A DNA stretch of 64,000 bases, taken from contig OX597837.1 in assembly GCA_951406725.2 (NCBI GenBank), positions 13,454,001 through 13,518,000 of the forward strand, given 5' to 3'. Position 1 is the stretch's first letter, and every line of letters begins with the position of its first letter. Both the position numbers and the translations under genes were made by a program. The notes below the pieces were generated by a model. The model saw only the letters and a program-made list of their open reading frames with translations. It was not told the DNA's origin and did no database searches. Shown one piece after another: positions 11,281 to 22,640 of the stretch. The stretch is from Octopus vulgaris. Its lineage: Eukaryota.

Positions 11281-11756
11281 CAAATAAATTTCACTACACT
11301 TGCATTATTAATAATGAGAGAACCATTAAGAACAAGTGCAATATGTTACACAACTGAGTATTAAAATTTAGTGTAGGTTGCTTACTCAGAGACACCACCT
11401 GCATGAATAAACAATAGTTAAGTTAGTGTTAATGTATTTCATATTTGCAAAGTATGAAAAATTTAATTACAATTACTTATGAGCTGATGAATAAAACAGC
11501 ATTATTTCAATAACTTGTGCACATGTGTTTCTAATTAAATTCTTAATGTTTTTTCCTTAACATAATTCTTAACGATGATTTCTCCTTAGTGCATAATTAG
11601 TTTTAATTTCATTCTTCGTGTTTATAATTTTTAACAGAGCTATTTTAGTTTGAATGACGACAATCAATGGAAGAATAGTAGCATTTTTTTTTTTTTTTGC
11701 CATATGGGGATTTTTTTTTCTAGTGCAAAATAATTTAAATATTAGCTTACTCTAAA

Positions 11757-11965
11757 GGCAGCAAGCTGTTAGACTCGTTATCACGCTGGGCAAAATGCTT
11801 AGCACCATTTCATCTATCTTTATGTTCTAAGTTCAAATTTGGCTGAGGTCAACTTTGCTTTTCATCCTTTCAGGGTCAATAAAATAAGTTGGAGACGGAG
11901 GGGGTCGATATAATCAACTTAACCCACCCCCAAAATTGCTGGCCTTGTGCTAAAATTTGAAATCA
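11757..11965 (+). mobile_element. Family C SINE, diverged
   Basis: ggcagcaagctg..gttcaaattt..gaggtcaactttgcttttcatcctttcagggtcaataaaataag. Confidence 0.75.
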
Positions 11966-12013
11966 CCATTAGTTTACTTTAGTTTAAATCATTTTTGTAT
12001 GATAAAAAAACAT

Positions 12014-12081
12014 TTGCAGCGTGGAAGGTGTTTGTAAGTGTTTGTTTCTTAAATGGCTTACAAACACCTTCCACTCTGCAA
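12014..12081. repeat. Hairpin with 25-bp arms
   Basis: ttgcagcgtggaaggtgtttgtaag / cttacaaacaccttccactctgcaa; the same arm recurs at ~44340. Confidence 0.8.
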
Positions 12082-12414
12082 TTGTTTTCGTTTCAGCACA
12101 CGATCTCAGATCAAATCACTTGCTATGCGAGTACATCGTAATTACAAAAAAACATTTCAAACTGGCAAATGCCACCTCCCAGTTGAAAATATTTCAGTGA
12201 AATAAATTTCTTCCCTCTTTGTTAATGAGAATACAAAAATAAAACTTGCATCCATGTAATTATTGGAAACTTTTGGTGGAACTTTAGCGTGCAGTTTTCT
12301 GCGATACCCACATGATACTATGAAATGCCCTGATCTCAGTTACGAATGGGGTTAGGGTTAGGATTCAGAGTTAGATTAGGGGTAGAATTAAGGTTAGTGT
12401 TCAACTGCATATTT

Positions 12415-12600
12415 TCTTCTTTATTGCCCTCATAAACATAGAGGGGACAAATAAGGACAGACAAAGGGATTAAGTCGATTACATCGACCCCGGTGCGCAA
12501 CTGGTACTTAATTTATTGACCCTGAAAAGATGAAAAGCAAAGTCAACCTCAGCGGAGTTTGAACTCAGAATGTAACGGCAGCCGAACTACCACTAAGTAT
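12415..12600 (-). mobile_element. Family C SINE, 5'-truncated
   Basis: Reverse complement of the family C body (gtcgatgtaatcgacttaatccctttgtctgtcc). Confidence 0.8.
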
Positions 12601-12783
12601 TTAGTCTAGTAGTAATGTGGCCTAACCACATATAATACTGGTGGAGGTTGGCTGTGAAGCAAGTTCCCTTCAATTTTATTGCTGATATTCACTCAGTTAC
12701 TTTATGAAAGATTTTCACTGTAAATATCTTAATTTCATGTTTATCAATCCCTGGTCAGGAAAAACGAATTGAATAATTCCTGT

Positions 12784-13312
12784 TACAGTAATACCTCACT
12801 TTACAAGGACTTGTTTTACAAGACCCTCGGGTTTATGGGTTCTATTTTTCTAGCACAAGATCCAAATTTTGAGCAAAGTGCAAAAGTTCCTACTACCATA
12901 ACAAATGCTCCTGCGTATTGCCAAGAAATTTATAAAGAGCAAAAAAAAGCTTCTTTTAAGCAAGAAACTCTGGACTTGTTTTTCAAAAAGAAATCTACTA
13001 GTCTGTCTATGAGTGCTTGTGAATCAGTGATCATGTCTGCAAGTTATGGTGTATGCGAATCTAGTGCGAGTGAAAGTGATTCAGAAAACAATTATAATAT
13101 TTTTCATTATAAAAGATCTTGACATTCCTTTTACTTTATATAAAATATTCTTTACGTTCTACTGTTGTTTCATTGCCATTTATTTAAAAGTCTTATAAAT
13201 TTTATAGGTAAACTATTTTTCTGGGAACGAATTAGGATTTATTAATACTATGGGAAATTATTGCTCTGTTTTATGAGCAATCTCTGGGAACAAATTATCT
13301 TGTGTAGTGAGC
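12784..13312 (+). mobile_element. Tigger/pogo-type DNA transposon deletion relic
   Basis: TA-CAGTAATACCTC terminus; translation QDPNFEQSAKV..EIYKEQKKASFKQETLDLFFKKK resembles Tigger transposase C-termini. Confidence 0.65.
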
Positions 13313-14819
13313 CAGAAAAGAGAAAATGTAATACAACGGCCATGGGAAATTTCCGTGTCCATTCATATAAAAATCGAATCGATCTTTTTCGATGGAAATA
13401 TAATCCATTTTCAGAGCGATTAGAATTTTGGAATCTAACTTTAAAAAAATATATATTCGCTCTGGTTAGACTCCAGAGTTATTTCCCTTGTGCCATTTCT
13501 AAACTAAAGTTTTCGCAATAAGTTTTATGGAGTCGAACGTTAAGTTCGAAAACCAGAATACATTTATTTTTAGCTTTCTTTTACTCAACACCACGGTAGC
13601 TCTATGGCCCATTAGTCAAGAAGTTCCCTTCTATTAGTTTTTTTTTTTCTTTTTTTTTTCATTTTTCAGGCAGTTTGCCAGATCTGTCGCAATTGCACCA
13701 TAATACTTATTTTTGTTGCCAGAATGAACTTCAGCAGCGTGAAATGAAATGTTTGGATCAAGAACACAACGTGTCACTCGATCCAAGAACCGAAACCACA
13801 AACTGACGATCACGAACCCACACCCGTAACCACTAAGCTACACACCTACGCAGGATACAATAATATTTATTCAAAATTCATTGTCAAATTTCAATTACTC
13901 TGCAACCTAATTTTTTATATAGTAAAATGGTAATGTCATAGAAAAATACCATAATATAGAATATAAGATGACATGATATTCATTGTTATTTCATACCAGA
14001 GGTTGCAACAATTATTATTATTTTTTTTTATCCCAGTTTCTTACAAAACTGTCCTGCTTACAGTGTTATGACTGTGTTTGCAGAGGCTTTATACCCTAAT
14101 CACTACAATTTTATTTGTGACTAGCTTAAAAGCCACACTCCGTGTGAACTTTTTGGCTAGCTCCTGTGGAGGGTTAGTTGGGCCTGCAGCCCAAAACTAA
14201 AGAGAATAATAATAATAATAATAAAGCATTTATCGGTACCCTACCAATATGGTGTCACTCTAAATTCAGTTTAAATGCAAAACTTGTATGTTCACAAATT
14301 TTGGGAGTTCTTTCAAAATTTGAATTTTCAACTGTCAGCATATACAAAAATCCTCATCCAGACCTGAGCCCAATGCTGGATGTTCAAGAACCAAAATGAA
14401 AGGCAGATTTTCAATCCTGGGATTATCCTGATTCCAAAACAGTATAATATGTCTATGAAAAGCAAATGTTCACTGCGATACAAGGGCCCTGAATGGATGG
14501 ACAGACAGAATTCTACGTTTATTATAATTGAAGGAAAATCTTTTTGGAACATTTAAGCCGCCGCCATCCTCCTCCTCCTCCTCATCATCATCATCATCAT
14601 CATCATCACCACCACCACCAACACTACCTTTTAACTTTCATTTTCCATACTTACATGGATCAGACAGAAGTTATTGAGGCATATTTTCTATCAAATCTGA
14701 TCAGCTGATTGTTTAGCAGCAATTTCCATAAAGAATTTTTAGTTTATTTACTTTTGTTACCAATTTCTGTTGAATCCAACATTTGCTTTGAAGTCAGTGA
14801 AGAAGGTGGAAAGGGAAAT

Positions 14820-15090
14820 ATGCACACACACACACACACACACACACACCACACACACCTATTGACTTCCATGTCCACGAGTTGAATAGTGAAACACACA
14901 CTCACATGCATACAGCCATTATCTTTCTTATACACATATATACATAGAAACACCTACACACATCTTTTTTGCATGTATGTATGGGTGTATGTGTGTGAGT
15001 TTGGGTTTCACAATTCAACTCATGGACGTGAAAGTCAATGGGTGTGTATGTGTGTGTGTGCGTGCATGCATGTGTGTGTGTGTGTGTGTG
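14820..15090. repeat. Foldback palindrome (~65-bp unique arms extended by (CA)n/(TG)n)
   Basis: acacctattgacttccatgtccacgagttgaatagtgaaac vs gtttcacaattcaactcatggacgtgaaagtcaatgggtgt. Confidence 0.8.
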
Positions 15091-15199
15091 GATAATTCTT
15101 TATTAGCATTATCGCTCATTTAACTGAACTCTTCAAGACAAAAATTAAAACCAAAATGATAAAAACATTACCCATTAAATAAAATAAAGTGAGTTCACA

Positions 15200-15600
15200 G
15201 CTGTAACCCACACCAGTGTCGCATAAGCTGCCCACTCAAAAGTTCCTTGGATTGTAGGGCGTCATGCCACGCTGGAGGAGACCTATTGAGTCAAGTACAT
15301 CAAAATCAAATCAAATCACATTCAAATGGAAATTGTAGTTGTGATCCCCATCCTGGTGGCATGTAAAAAGCACCTCCCAAACGTGGCTGATGCCAGCACT
15401 GCCTTGACTGGCTTCTGTGTCGCTGGAATGTAAAAAAGCACCCACTACATTCTTGGAGTGGTTGGCATTTGGAAGGGCATCCAGCTGTAGAAACACTGCC
15501 AAATCAGACTGGAGCCTGGTGCAGCCCCCTGGCTTCCCAGACCCCAGTTGAACCATTCCACCCATGCTAACATGGAAAACGGACGTTAAACGATGATGAT
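15200..15600 (+). mobile_element. Family A retroposon with extended 5' part
   Basis: Two hairpin units plus conserved tail and gatgatg; upstream caaatggaaattgtagttgtgat shared with the copy at 33283. Confidence 0.85.
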
Positions 15601-15834
15601 GCACACACACATATACATACATATCCAATACAGGGAAAACAGTCTCCTCTAGAGGAATGGAAACATCCAATTTTTCACTGGTTTGGCAGTTTTTTACCCA
15701 ATACAGCAGAGAAAAACTTTTCCACACTTCAAATGGGTTTATATTCAATATACAAAAATGAAAAGAAAATGGCAATTTACAATTTGTGCAGAAATCTATA
15801 AATCCTCATATGTGATTTTTTGTCAAATATTTTA

Positions 15835-15905
15835 CTGATGAGATTCTTACCCGTAAACATAAATTTTTATGAATTTATTATTGGGTCTGAATTGAAACAA
15901 TTGTA
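15835..15905 (+). ncRNA. Type-I minimal hammerhead ribozyme motif (Penelope-like) with enlarged stem-loop II
   Basis: CTGATGA-GATTC..(accc..gggt)..GAATT-GAAA-CAATTG-TA: full core, palindromic stem III, GUA site; stem I weak. Confidence 0.6.
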
Positions 15906-16094
15906 AGATTATAATATTAATATCTATATTATAGTTTACTATATTATAATTATAATATAATATTATGTTAATAAATTAAAATGTGTCAATTGTAAATCTC
16001 CAATTTCTTTTCATTTTTGTATATATATATGTGTGTGTGTGGGTGTATACACACACACACACATATACATACATATATACATACATACACACAT

Positions 16095-16388
16095 GGTGGC
16101 TGCCCCCTCGTTATCGAGTATAGCCATTGCATGAAGCTTAATCAATGTTGTTATCGTGCAATGCCTGTGCAAGAAGATTTTTTAAAGTGAGGAAAGGCTG
16201 TGCACTGAGTCAATCCCACTCACTAAGCAACAGCAGCCATAATCCGAAAAGAAGAACAAGTCAACATCATCGGTAACCACTGAGCCGCAGGTTTTATGTT
16301 GGAGTTATCCCAGTTACCTGAGCTACCTTCACCTAGAAGGATGCCCTAACAAAGGCTAGGAGTCCTTCACTCCCAATGGTTTGACCAT
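16095..16388 (-). mobile_element. Probable RTE-related short retroposon
   Basis: Discrete GC-richer block between CA/TA microsatellites with RTE 5'UTR-like ccttcacctagaaggatgccctaacaaaggctaggag; family not established. Confidence 0.35.
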
Positions 16389-16899
16389 TACATACATACA
16401 GATATATATGTATGTATCCATATGTGTGTGTCTGTGTTTGTGTCACCACCACTGCTCAACAATCAGTGCTGGTTTGTTTACATTCCTGTAACTTAGCAGT
16501 TCAGCAAAAGAGTTCAATAGAATAAGTACCAGACTTTAAAAAAACAATAAGTGCTGGGGTTGGTTTGCTTGACAAACCCCTTGAAAGTGTTGCTCCAGTA
16601 TGGCTGCAGTCCAGTGACTGAAACAAGCATTACCTAGAAGGCAAAGTTCAAGAGAGTGTACTGTCACCACTGTAGTGTGTTCATAATAGGGGTTGTTACT
16701 TTATTTGCCTCTGTTCTCCACTCAACCATGAAATTTAGTACAATTGCTGTTTCATGGTTGGGTGGCTGAGGAAGAGCATTCAACCATGAAAGTATTTACT
16801 CCTAAAATAAGCATCAAACCATCAAATAGAAATACAAAATGATAAAATTAATTTTTACTTTTATATTGAAATGTTAGGTAAGGACATGTGCTTGTAACC

Positions 16900-18050
16900 T
16901 TGTTACAAACTTAGCAGAGACAAATTTTTTTACTAAGTAGGAAAGAAGACCTGAGTACTGTCAAGGAAATGGCTGCAGAACATCTGTGGAAAAGAGTAAA
17001 TTGAAAGTGAAGCCAGTGTAGGCTTTGGATGTACAAGAGGCATAATGAGATTACAGGTAGGGTTACAAAGGAGATGGAGTTCATAATTAGTAGATGCTCT
17101 GGAAGAGGAAGTTCTAAGAGTACCTGGGAAATAGATTCTCTCAAATAGATGAATCCTTAGAAATAGTTGATAGCTTTTGTTCCCCAGGTGACCCAATTAG
17201 CAGTTAGAGGTGGGCGTATAAAACGCATAGAAGCCAGGTGGAGAAAGGTCAGGGAACTGCTGGTAACAGAGTGTATTATAAGGCGGCGAGCTGGCAGAAA
17301 CGTTAGCACGCCGGGCGAAATGCTTACTGGTATTTCGTCTGTCGTTACGTTCTGAGTTCAAATTCCGCCGAGGTCGACTTTGCCTGTCATCCTTTCGGGG
17401 TGGTTAAATTAAGTACCAGTTACGCACTGGGGTCGATGTAATCGACTTAATCCGTTTGCCTGTCCTTGTTTGTTCCCTCTATGTGTAGCTCCTTGTGGGT
17501 AATAAAGAAATAGGTATTTCGTCTGCCGTTACGTTCGGAGTTCAAATTCCGCCGAGGTCGACTTTGCCTTTCATCCTTTCGGGATCGATTAAATAAGTAC
17601 CAGTTATGCACTGAGGTCGATCTAATTGACTTAATCTGTTTGTCTGTCCTTGTTTGTCCACTCTGTGTTTAGCTCCTTGTAGGTAGTAAAGAAATAGGTA
17701 ACAGAGTGTTTTATTTTCAAAGTGAAGTGTAGATTGTATATTGCTTGTGTATAAATTACTCTGTTGACTTGTTTGCAAGTCAAGGGCCACAAATGTGGAG
17801 CATTTGTAAAAACTGGAAAGAAATAGAGTGACCCTGCTCTGCAGGATGTGCAGTGTTAGTCTGCATGAATGAGAAAATAAAATTAAGCTGGCAGAAGAAT
17901 TGGATCTCAGAGTAATTGCATGTGATGCACATAAAGGAAGGCTGTGCTATTACAGGCATGCAATGCATATGGAAGAGGTATGGATGCTGAAGTAGATGGA
18001 ACAAGACTGATCCCAAGATGCTGAGCTTTACGGAGAGGAGAGAAAGGACT
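16900..18050 (+). mobile_element. Degenerate RTE LINE ORF relic, interrupted by a SINE dimer
   Basis: RIEARWRKVRELL before the insertion and FKVKCRLYIACV after it match RTE RI.AGW.KFRELL..SLKVKGRLY.ACV. Confidence 0.65.
17275..17696 (+). mobile_element. Family C SINE tandem dimer with 13-bp TSD
   Basis: Full unit 17282-17512 plus headless unit 17513-17696; TSD ggtaacagagtgt at 17262-17274 and 17697-17709. The central gaggtcgactttgcctttcatcctttcggggtcgat resembles the Nin/Deu SINE domain. Confidence 0.9.
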
Positions 18051-18314
18051 ATGACAATTGGTGAGACAGAATGTTAGGGAAGACCCCCCCCTTCTCCCAT
18101 GAAACTATTGTGAAAAGAACATTAAAAATAGAAGTTATGATGGAGGCTAAAAATACAAAGTCTCCCCAGAAACGAATTCTTGGTAGTACCTTGCCATGAT
18201 GATGCACTGAGGTCCCAGCACTCCAAGGCTAAACCTATCAAAGCCTTTGTGGTGGCCTGTCTCCAGAGATGTTATATGTAGGCCCTTAGCGTGTGATCAC
18301 ACCTTAGGATTCAT

Positions 18315-18398
18315 GAAGGTGCATGGCTCAGTGGTTAGAGCACTGGGCTCACAATCATGAGGTAGTGAGTTCGATTCCCAGACCAGGCTGTGTGTTGA
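18315..18398 (+). mobile_element. tRNA-derived SINE head fragment
   Basis: tggctcagtggttagagc (A box) and gagttcgattccc (B box); related heads on the minus strand at ~13735-13848, 24080-24183 and 56180-56357. Confidence 0.7.
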
Positions 18399-18419
18399 GA
18401 ACCGCTTCACTACACTAAT

Positions 18420-18478
18420 ATTCAGCATTGACCATGCTTCCACCCTTATTCAGCATTGACCATGCTTCCACCCTTATT
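18420..18478. repeat. Perfect 28-bp tandem duplication
   Basis: attcagcattgaccatgcttccaccctt x2. Confidence 0.9.
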
Positions 18479-19235
18479 CCTCATTCTCTCCTTCCACCTT
18501 TCTCATCTCTGACCATCTGTCACTCTCTTCCCATCTTCTTCAGAACTAACCTACCTACCCACCCATTCTGATCCTCTGTTCCTATATCTCTCTTATACTA
18601 ACCTTCTTTTAACTTGGGGGTACAACCTGACACCTCATCACCACTTTTGTTTCTTTTGCTCTCCAGTTGGGGTAACCAAATTTTAAATATAAAAAATACA
18701 AAATGGGACAAGAACGCAAAACATCCGGACAATTAGGTGATACAAAAATGGGAACGATGATGATGATGATGATGAATGCATCCAGATGGACGATACAAAG
18801 AAAACAAGGACGGGTCATTCGAAGTTTTCTTTCCTCAGTCAAGTACCAGATTATCTTCGCAATTTCGGCTGATCTCCTCAGCTGTAAGACATCTGTTTCC
18901 TGGCCCCTCTATCGTACTTCAACCCCCTCAGTTCCTGGCATAAAGCCACCTCCCTCAATTTTACACACCCACTGAGTTAAGGGGTTTGTCTCGCAAGTTA
19001 CTTGGTGCTGCAAAAAAGCACCTAATATACTGTGTGAAGGGATTGGCATCAGGAAGGGCCTCTAGCCATAGAAACAATACCAAAGACATTGGAGCTCCTG
19101 AGCTCACCATAGACCTTTAGTTTGGAGGTTTCTGTCGAACCATCCGACCCATGCCATCATGGACAATGGACGTTAAATCATAATGGTGATTACTCTCTCT
19201 CTCACACACACACACACATGAATATGTACATAACT

Positions 19236-19653
19236 GGGATCTTTTCGGTTTGAACGGCAGTTTTTTCTAGCGGTGTCATATGAAATTGTCACCCATAATT
19301 ATGACCCTAGTATCGATATATTGCCATTTCAATCTGTTTTAGGGTTAGGGGTGGGGGAAGGGTATCTTTTTTTTCTTCAGAAATGTAAATAAACCCAATC
19401 TGTTTCTTAAACGAGGGACATATTCATACGGCACAGAATGTTTTCACCTCAATAGACGTCATTGATTGGTTGAAATTGCAGAAATTGAAGAAAAAAAACA
19501 ACAACAAACATCTTACAAAGTATAGAATTTTCTCAATAAAGCCAAGAGAAAAAGATGTTTTATAAACACATTCTACCAATATACGGAGTTTAAAAGTGTT
19601 TAGTTACGTGGAAATTATGTTAAAAAAACTGCCGTTCAAACCGAAAAGATCTC
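19236..19653. mobile_element. MITE with ~30-bp TIRs and a 6- or 8-bp TSD
   Basis: gggatcttttcggtttgaacggcagtttttt / aaaaaactgccgttcaaaccgaaaagatctc; flanked by ataact (or cataactg if termini are one base inward); internal ttagggttagggg. Confidence 0.9.
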
Positions 19654-19894
19654 ATAACTGTCTGGGAACGAAACTCTCTTCCCCTTAAGCAACTGCCATA
19701 GTATTTTCAACCAATTAGAAAAGTTATGTACAGTCGGCATTACGTATTAAGTTTTCCTCCCCAAACCCCGTTTCTGAACCAAACGCACTTCCTATATAAA
19801 TATATAATAATATCCACTGCATAGGTTACACACACACACACACACATATATGTGAGTGTGTAAACAGATAGAAAGGTAGACAGAATTGTCTTCC

Positions 19895-20330
19895 TCATAC
19901 TTCCTTATATCTTTTCTCTCTCTCACACACATACTCTCTCTCTTTCCCCTTGCATATTTTACTCTTTTTCTTGTCTCTTTCTCTCTCTCTTACATATAGA
20001 CATACACACATAGAAACACACACTCTCTCTATTTTTTCTCTCTTTCTCTCTCTCACACACACATATTTCACTCTTTTTCTTCTCTCTTTCTCTCTCTCTC
20101 TCTCACATACACACACTTTCTCTCTCTTTCCCCTTGCATATTTCCCTCTTTCTCTACTCCTTTCTTCTCTCTCTCTCTCTCTCTCACACACACTCTCTGT
20201 CTCTCTTTCCCCTTGCATATCTCACTCTTTTTCTTCTCTCTTTCTCTCTCACATACACTCTCTCTCTTTCCCCTTGCACATTTCCCTCTTTCACTTCTCC
20301 TCTTCTCTCCTTTCTCTCTCTCTCTCCCAT
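19895..20330. repeat. CT/CA-rich compound minisatellite
   Basis: ctctctttccccttgca(t/c)at recurs at ~19940, 20124, 20203 and 20264 among (CT)n and (CA)n runs. Confidence 0.85.
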
Positions 20331-20369
20331 TCCTCCTCACCAAAAAACAAAAACAAAAACCCCCACAAG

Positions 20370-20760
20370 CGTGACTTCCTCCTCCCCCTCTCACTCCCTC
20401 CCTCTCCCTCCATCGTCGTAACGACGAGAATCCCGTCGATAATCTCGCCGCTGTCCTGTTCTCTCTTCTCTCTTACTCGCCATTTTGTCGAAGCCTTCAC
20501 ATTTGTTGTGGTTTTTTTTTTCCCTCTTTCCCGCCTCACAACTCCACTTCTATGGAATGCCTGCTCCAGCCGATCAACACTTTACTCAACATGTCCAGAT
20601 ACCCTGCGGAACACCACATACAGGTTCGCCTCCCAATCTCAGTTTCTCCTCCCAACTTCGCTCTTTTCCTCAACCAATGGCCTCCTCCTCCTCTGCCTCG
20701 CTCCTCTCGTCTCCGTCTCTTCGCTTTCTTCTCCACTTTTTTTCGCTCTTTTTTTGTTTT
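20370..20760. promoter_or_regulatory. CpG-rich promoter / first-exon-like region
   Basis: Non-repetitive CpG-dense block with YY1-type CAAAATGGCG (minus, 20487-20478), ETS-like GGAAGT and CCAAT motifs, bracketed by microsatellites. Confidence 0.5.
20395..20483 (-). CDS. Candidate first coding exon MASKREERTGQRRDYRRDSRRYDDGGRGR
   Basis: Strong Kozak caaaATGGCG; Arg/Asp-rich peptide; donor-like GA|GTGAGA at 20394 (alternative A|GTAAGA at 20476). No homology recognised. Confidence 0.3.
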
Positions 20761-20934
20761 TCTGGATGTTTTGTTGTTACTGCTGCCTTCTTCTTTTTAT
20801 TTTTATTTGTGTTAATCCATTGATCTAGTTCTTCTTGTTTTAGGAAAATTTTGCTTTCCTCCCGATGACAGTTTCAATGTATGTAGATCGCCTCGTGCAC
20901 CACATATGTGGACGTTACTGAACGCGTACCTGCT

Positions 20935-21119
20935 GTATACATACGTGTGTATATGTGTATGTGTGTGTGTATATATATATATAAATATACATACATACAC
21001 ACATATACGTAAAACAGTCATATTCATACACACACAATATTAACACTCACACATATGTATATATATATATATATACAGATGTATGTGTGTATATATATAT
21101 ACAGATATATATACAGATG

Positions 21120-21150
<31 letters not shown>

Positions 21151-21375
21151 TTGTATTTATATATATATATATAGATGTATGTATGTATGTGTGTATATAT
21201 ATAGATGTATGTATGTGTATATATAGATGTATGTATGTGTATATATAGATGTAGATGTATGTATGTATATATATATATATATATATATATTTAACACGCA
21301 CACATATGTATGTGTATATATATATATATATATACATATATACACACATATATATATACACACACATATATATAC
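20935..21375. repeat. Compound (TA)n/(TG)n/(TATG)n microsatellite
   Basis: Direct inspection; accounts for the YI-rich spurious ORFs. Confidence 0.95.
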
Positions 21376-21491
21376 CGGAGTGAATTTCTGCTGCTCTTAA
21401 ATAAAGTATATGTATATGAAAGAAAAAAAGGTGTTCAAAATGCTGGATGGTTGTAAAAATATATATTTATTTACATATCACATATTATTTC

Positions 21492-21526
21492 TTCAGCGCT
21501 TTCAACTACTCCTGTAGTTTCATCAT
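21492..21526 (-). ncRNA. Degenerate hammerhead relic
   Basis: Minus strand aTGATGA-AACTAC-agga-GTAGTT-GAAA-GCGC-Tg; perfect stem II and palindromic stem III, but C3 and H17 deviate. Confidence 0.45.
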
Positions 21527-21765
21527 ATATACATAAATATATGAAATATGAATTAGAGATAAAACCACTATTATTCAACTCAAACAGTGATAGACATAAA
21601 CCAATACATAAATAACAAATATATATATATTTTTATAAAACATATAACTTATAACTACATCTCAGAAAGTATAAAATGAATGATAAAAATATATAAGCAA
21701 AAACATATATACATACATATATATATATACACACTCATGATAGTTATGCGTGTGCACATATATAT

Positions 21766-21826
<61 letters not shown>

Positions 21827-22334
21827 GCTCAATCACTAATGACACAGGTTTTAATACAGATATACGCATTTATATACACATGTAAAAGAGAAAGTATTAT
21901 ATATATATGTGTGTGTGAGTGACTTATTACGTTATCCACCCTCAGTAATGAAGACGACATAATCACCGATATGTCACCGTTGTACAGTGATTGCCTTTTT
22001 ATATATCTGCCAACAACAGTGATTATTATTATTATTTTTGTTTCCTTTTTGATGTTGAGGGGGGTTTCACGTTTTCCTTCATTCACCTTAAGCTTTAACA
22101 AGTTACTTGACATGGGATCATAGCATCGTATTCATACGCTACCGCAGACAATAATATAAAACTTGAAATATCTTCAATTGCTAATTAAGTTCGTAACCAG
22201 ACACGAATGGATCTATACATTTAGGTCTATGTCGATGGATCTCTTTATTCTAAAACCCCTCCTTGTTCAAAATGGCTCGCTACTCAATTGACATAGCCAC
22301 AATCCATAGACTCTATATTATTGCCATGTCCAGT

Positions 22335-22640
22335 GGAGGTCAAGCATTATTAACCCACAGCCTGTGTGGAGTCCCTTTCCAGGTCTCCCCACTTCGTACC
22401 TCCACCGATTTTACACCCTTTGTCTTGGCTGGAAGATTGTCGCTATGTAACCTCATACTTGAAATAAGATAACCGTGCAGTTTCCACTGTAATCTATTTG
22501 GAAGTGGTTACATAATCATTAACCTCGGTTTATACTCCTGCTTTGTCCAATTCGGCCCTCTTTCACAAGTGTCAGTTTCAAAACCGGAAGTGACCTCCGA
22601 CGACTGCCAGCAATGTTCACTTTCACTATAGGATAGGTAA
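22335..22640 (+). repeat. Unclassified ~300-bp dispersed repeat, copy 1
   Basis: Collinear with 25548-25945, e.g. gtcagtttcaaaaccggaa..ttcactttcact.taggatagg. Confidence 0.7.

Noticed and set aside
19895-21922. Long ORFs (292 aa Ser/Leu-rich; RE- and YI-repeat ORFs)
   Set aside because: These are translations of (CT)n, (GA)n and (TA)n microsatellites.
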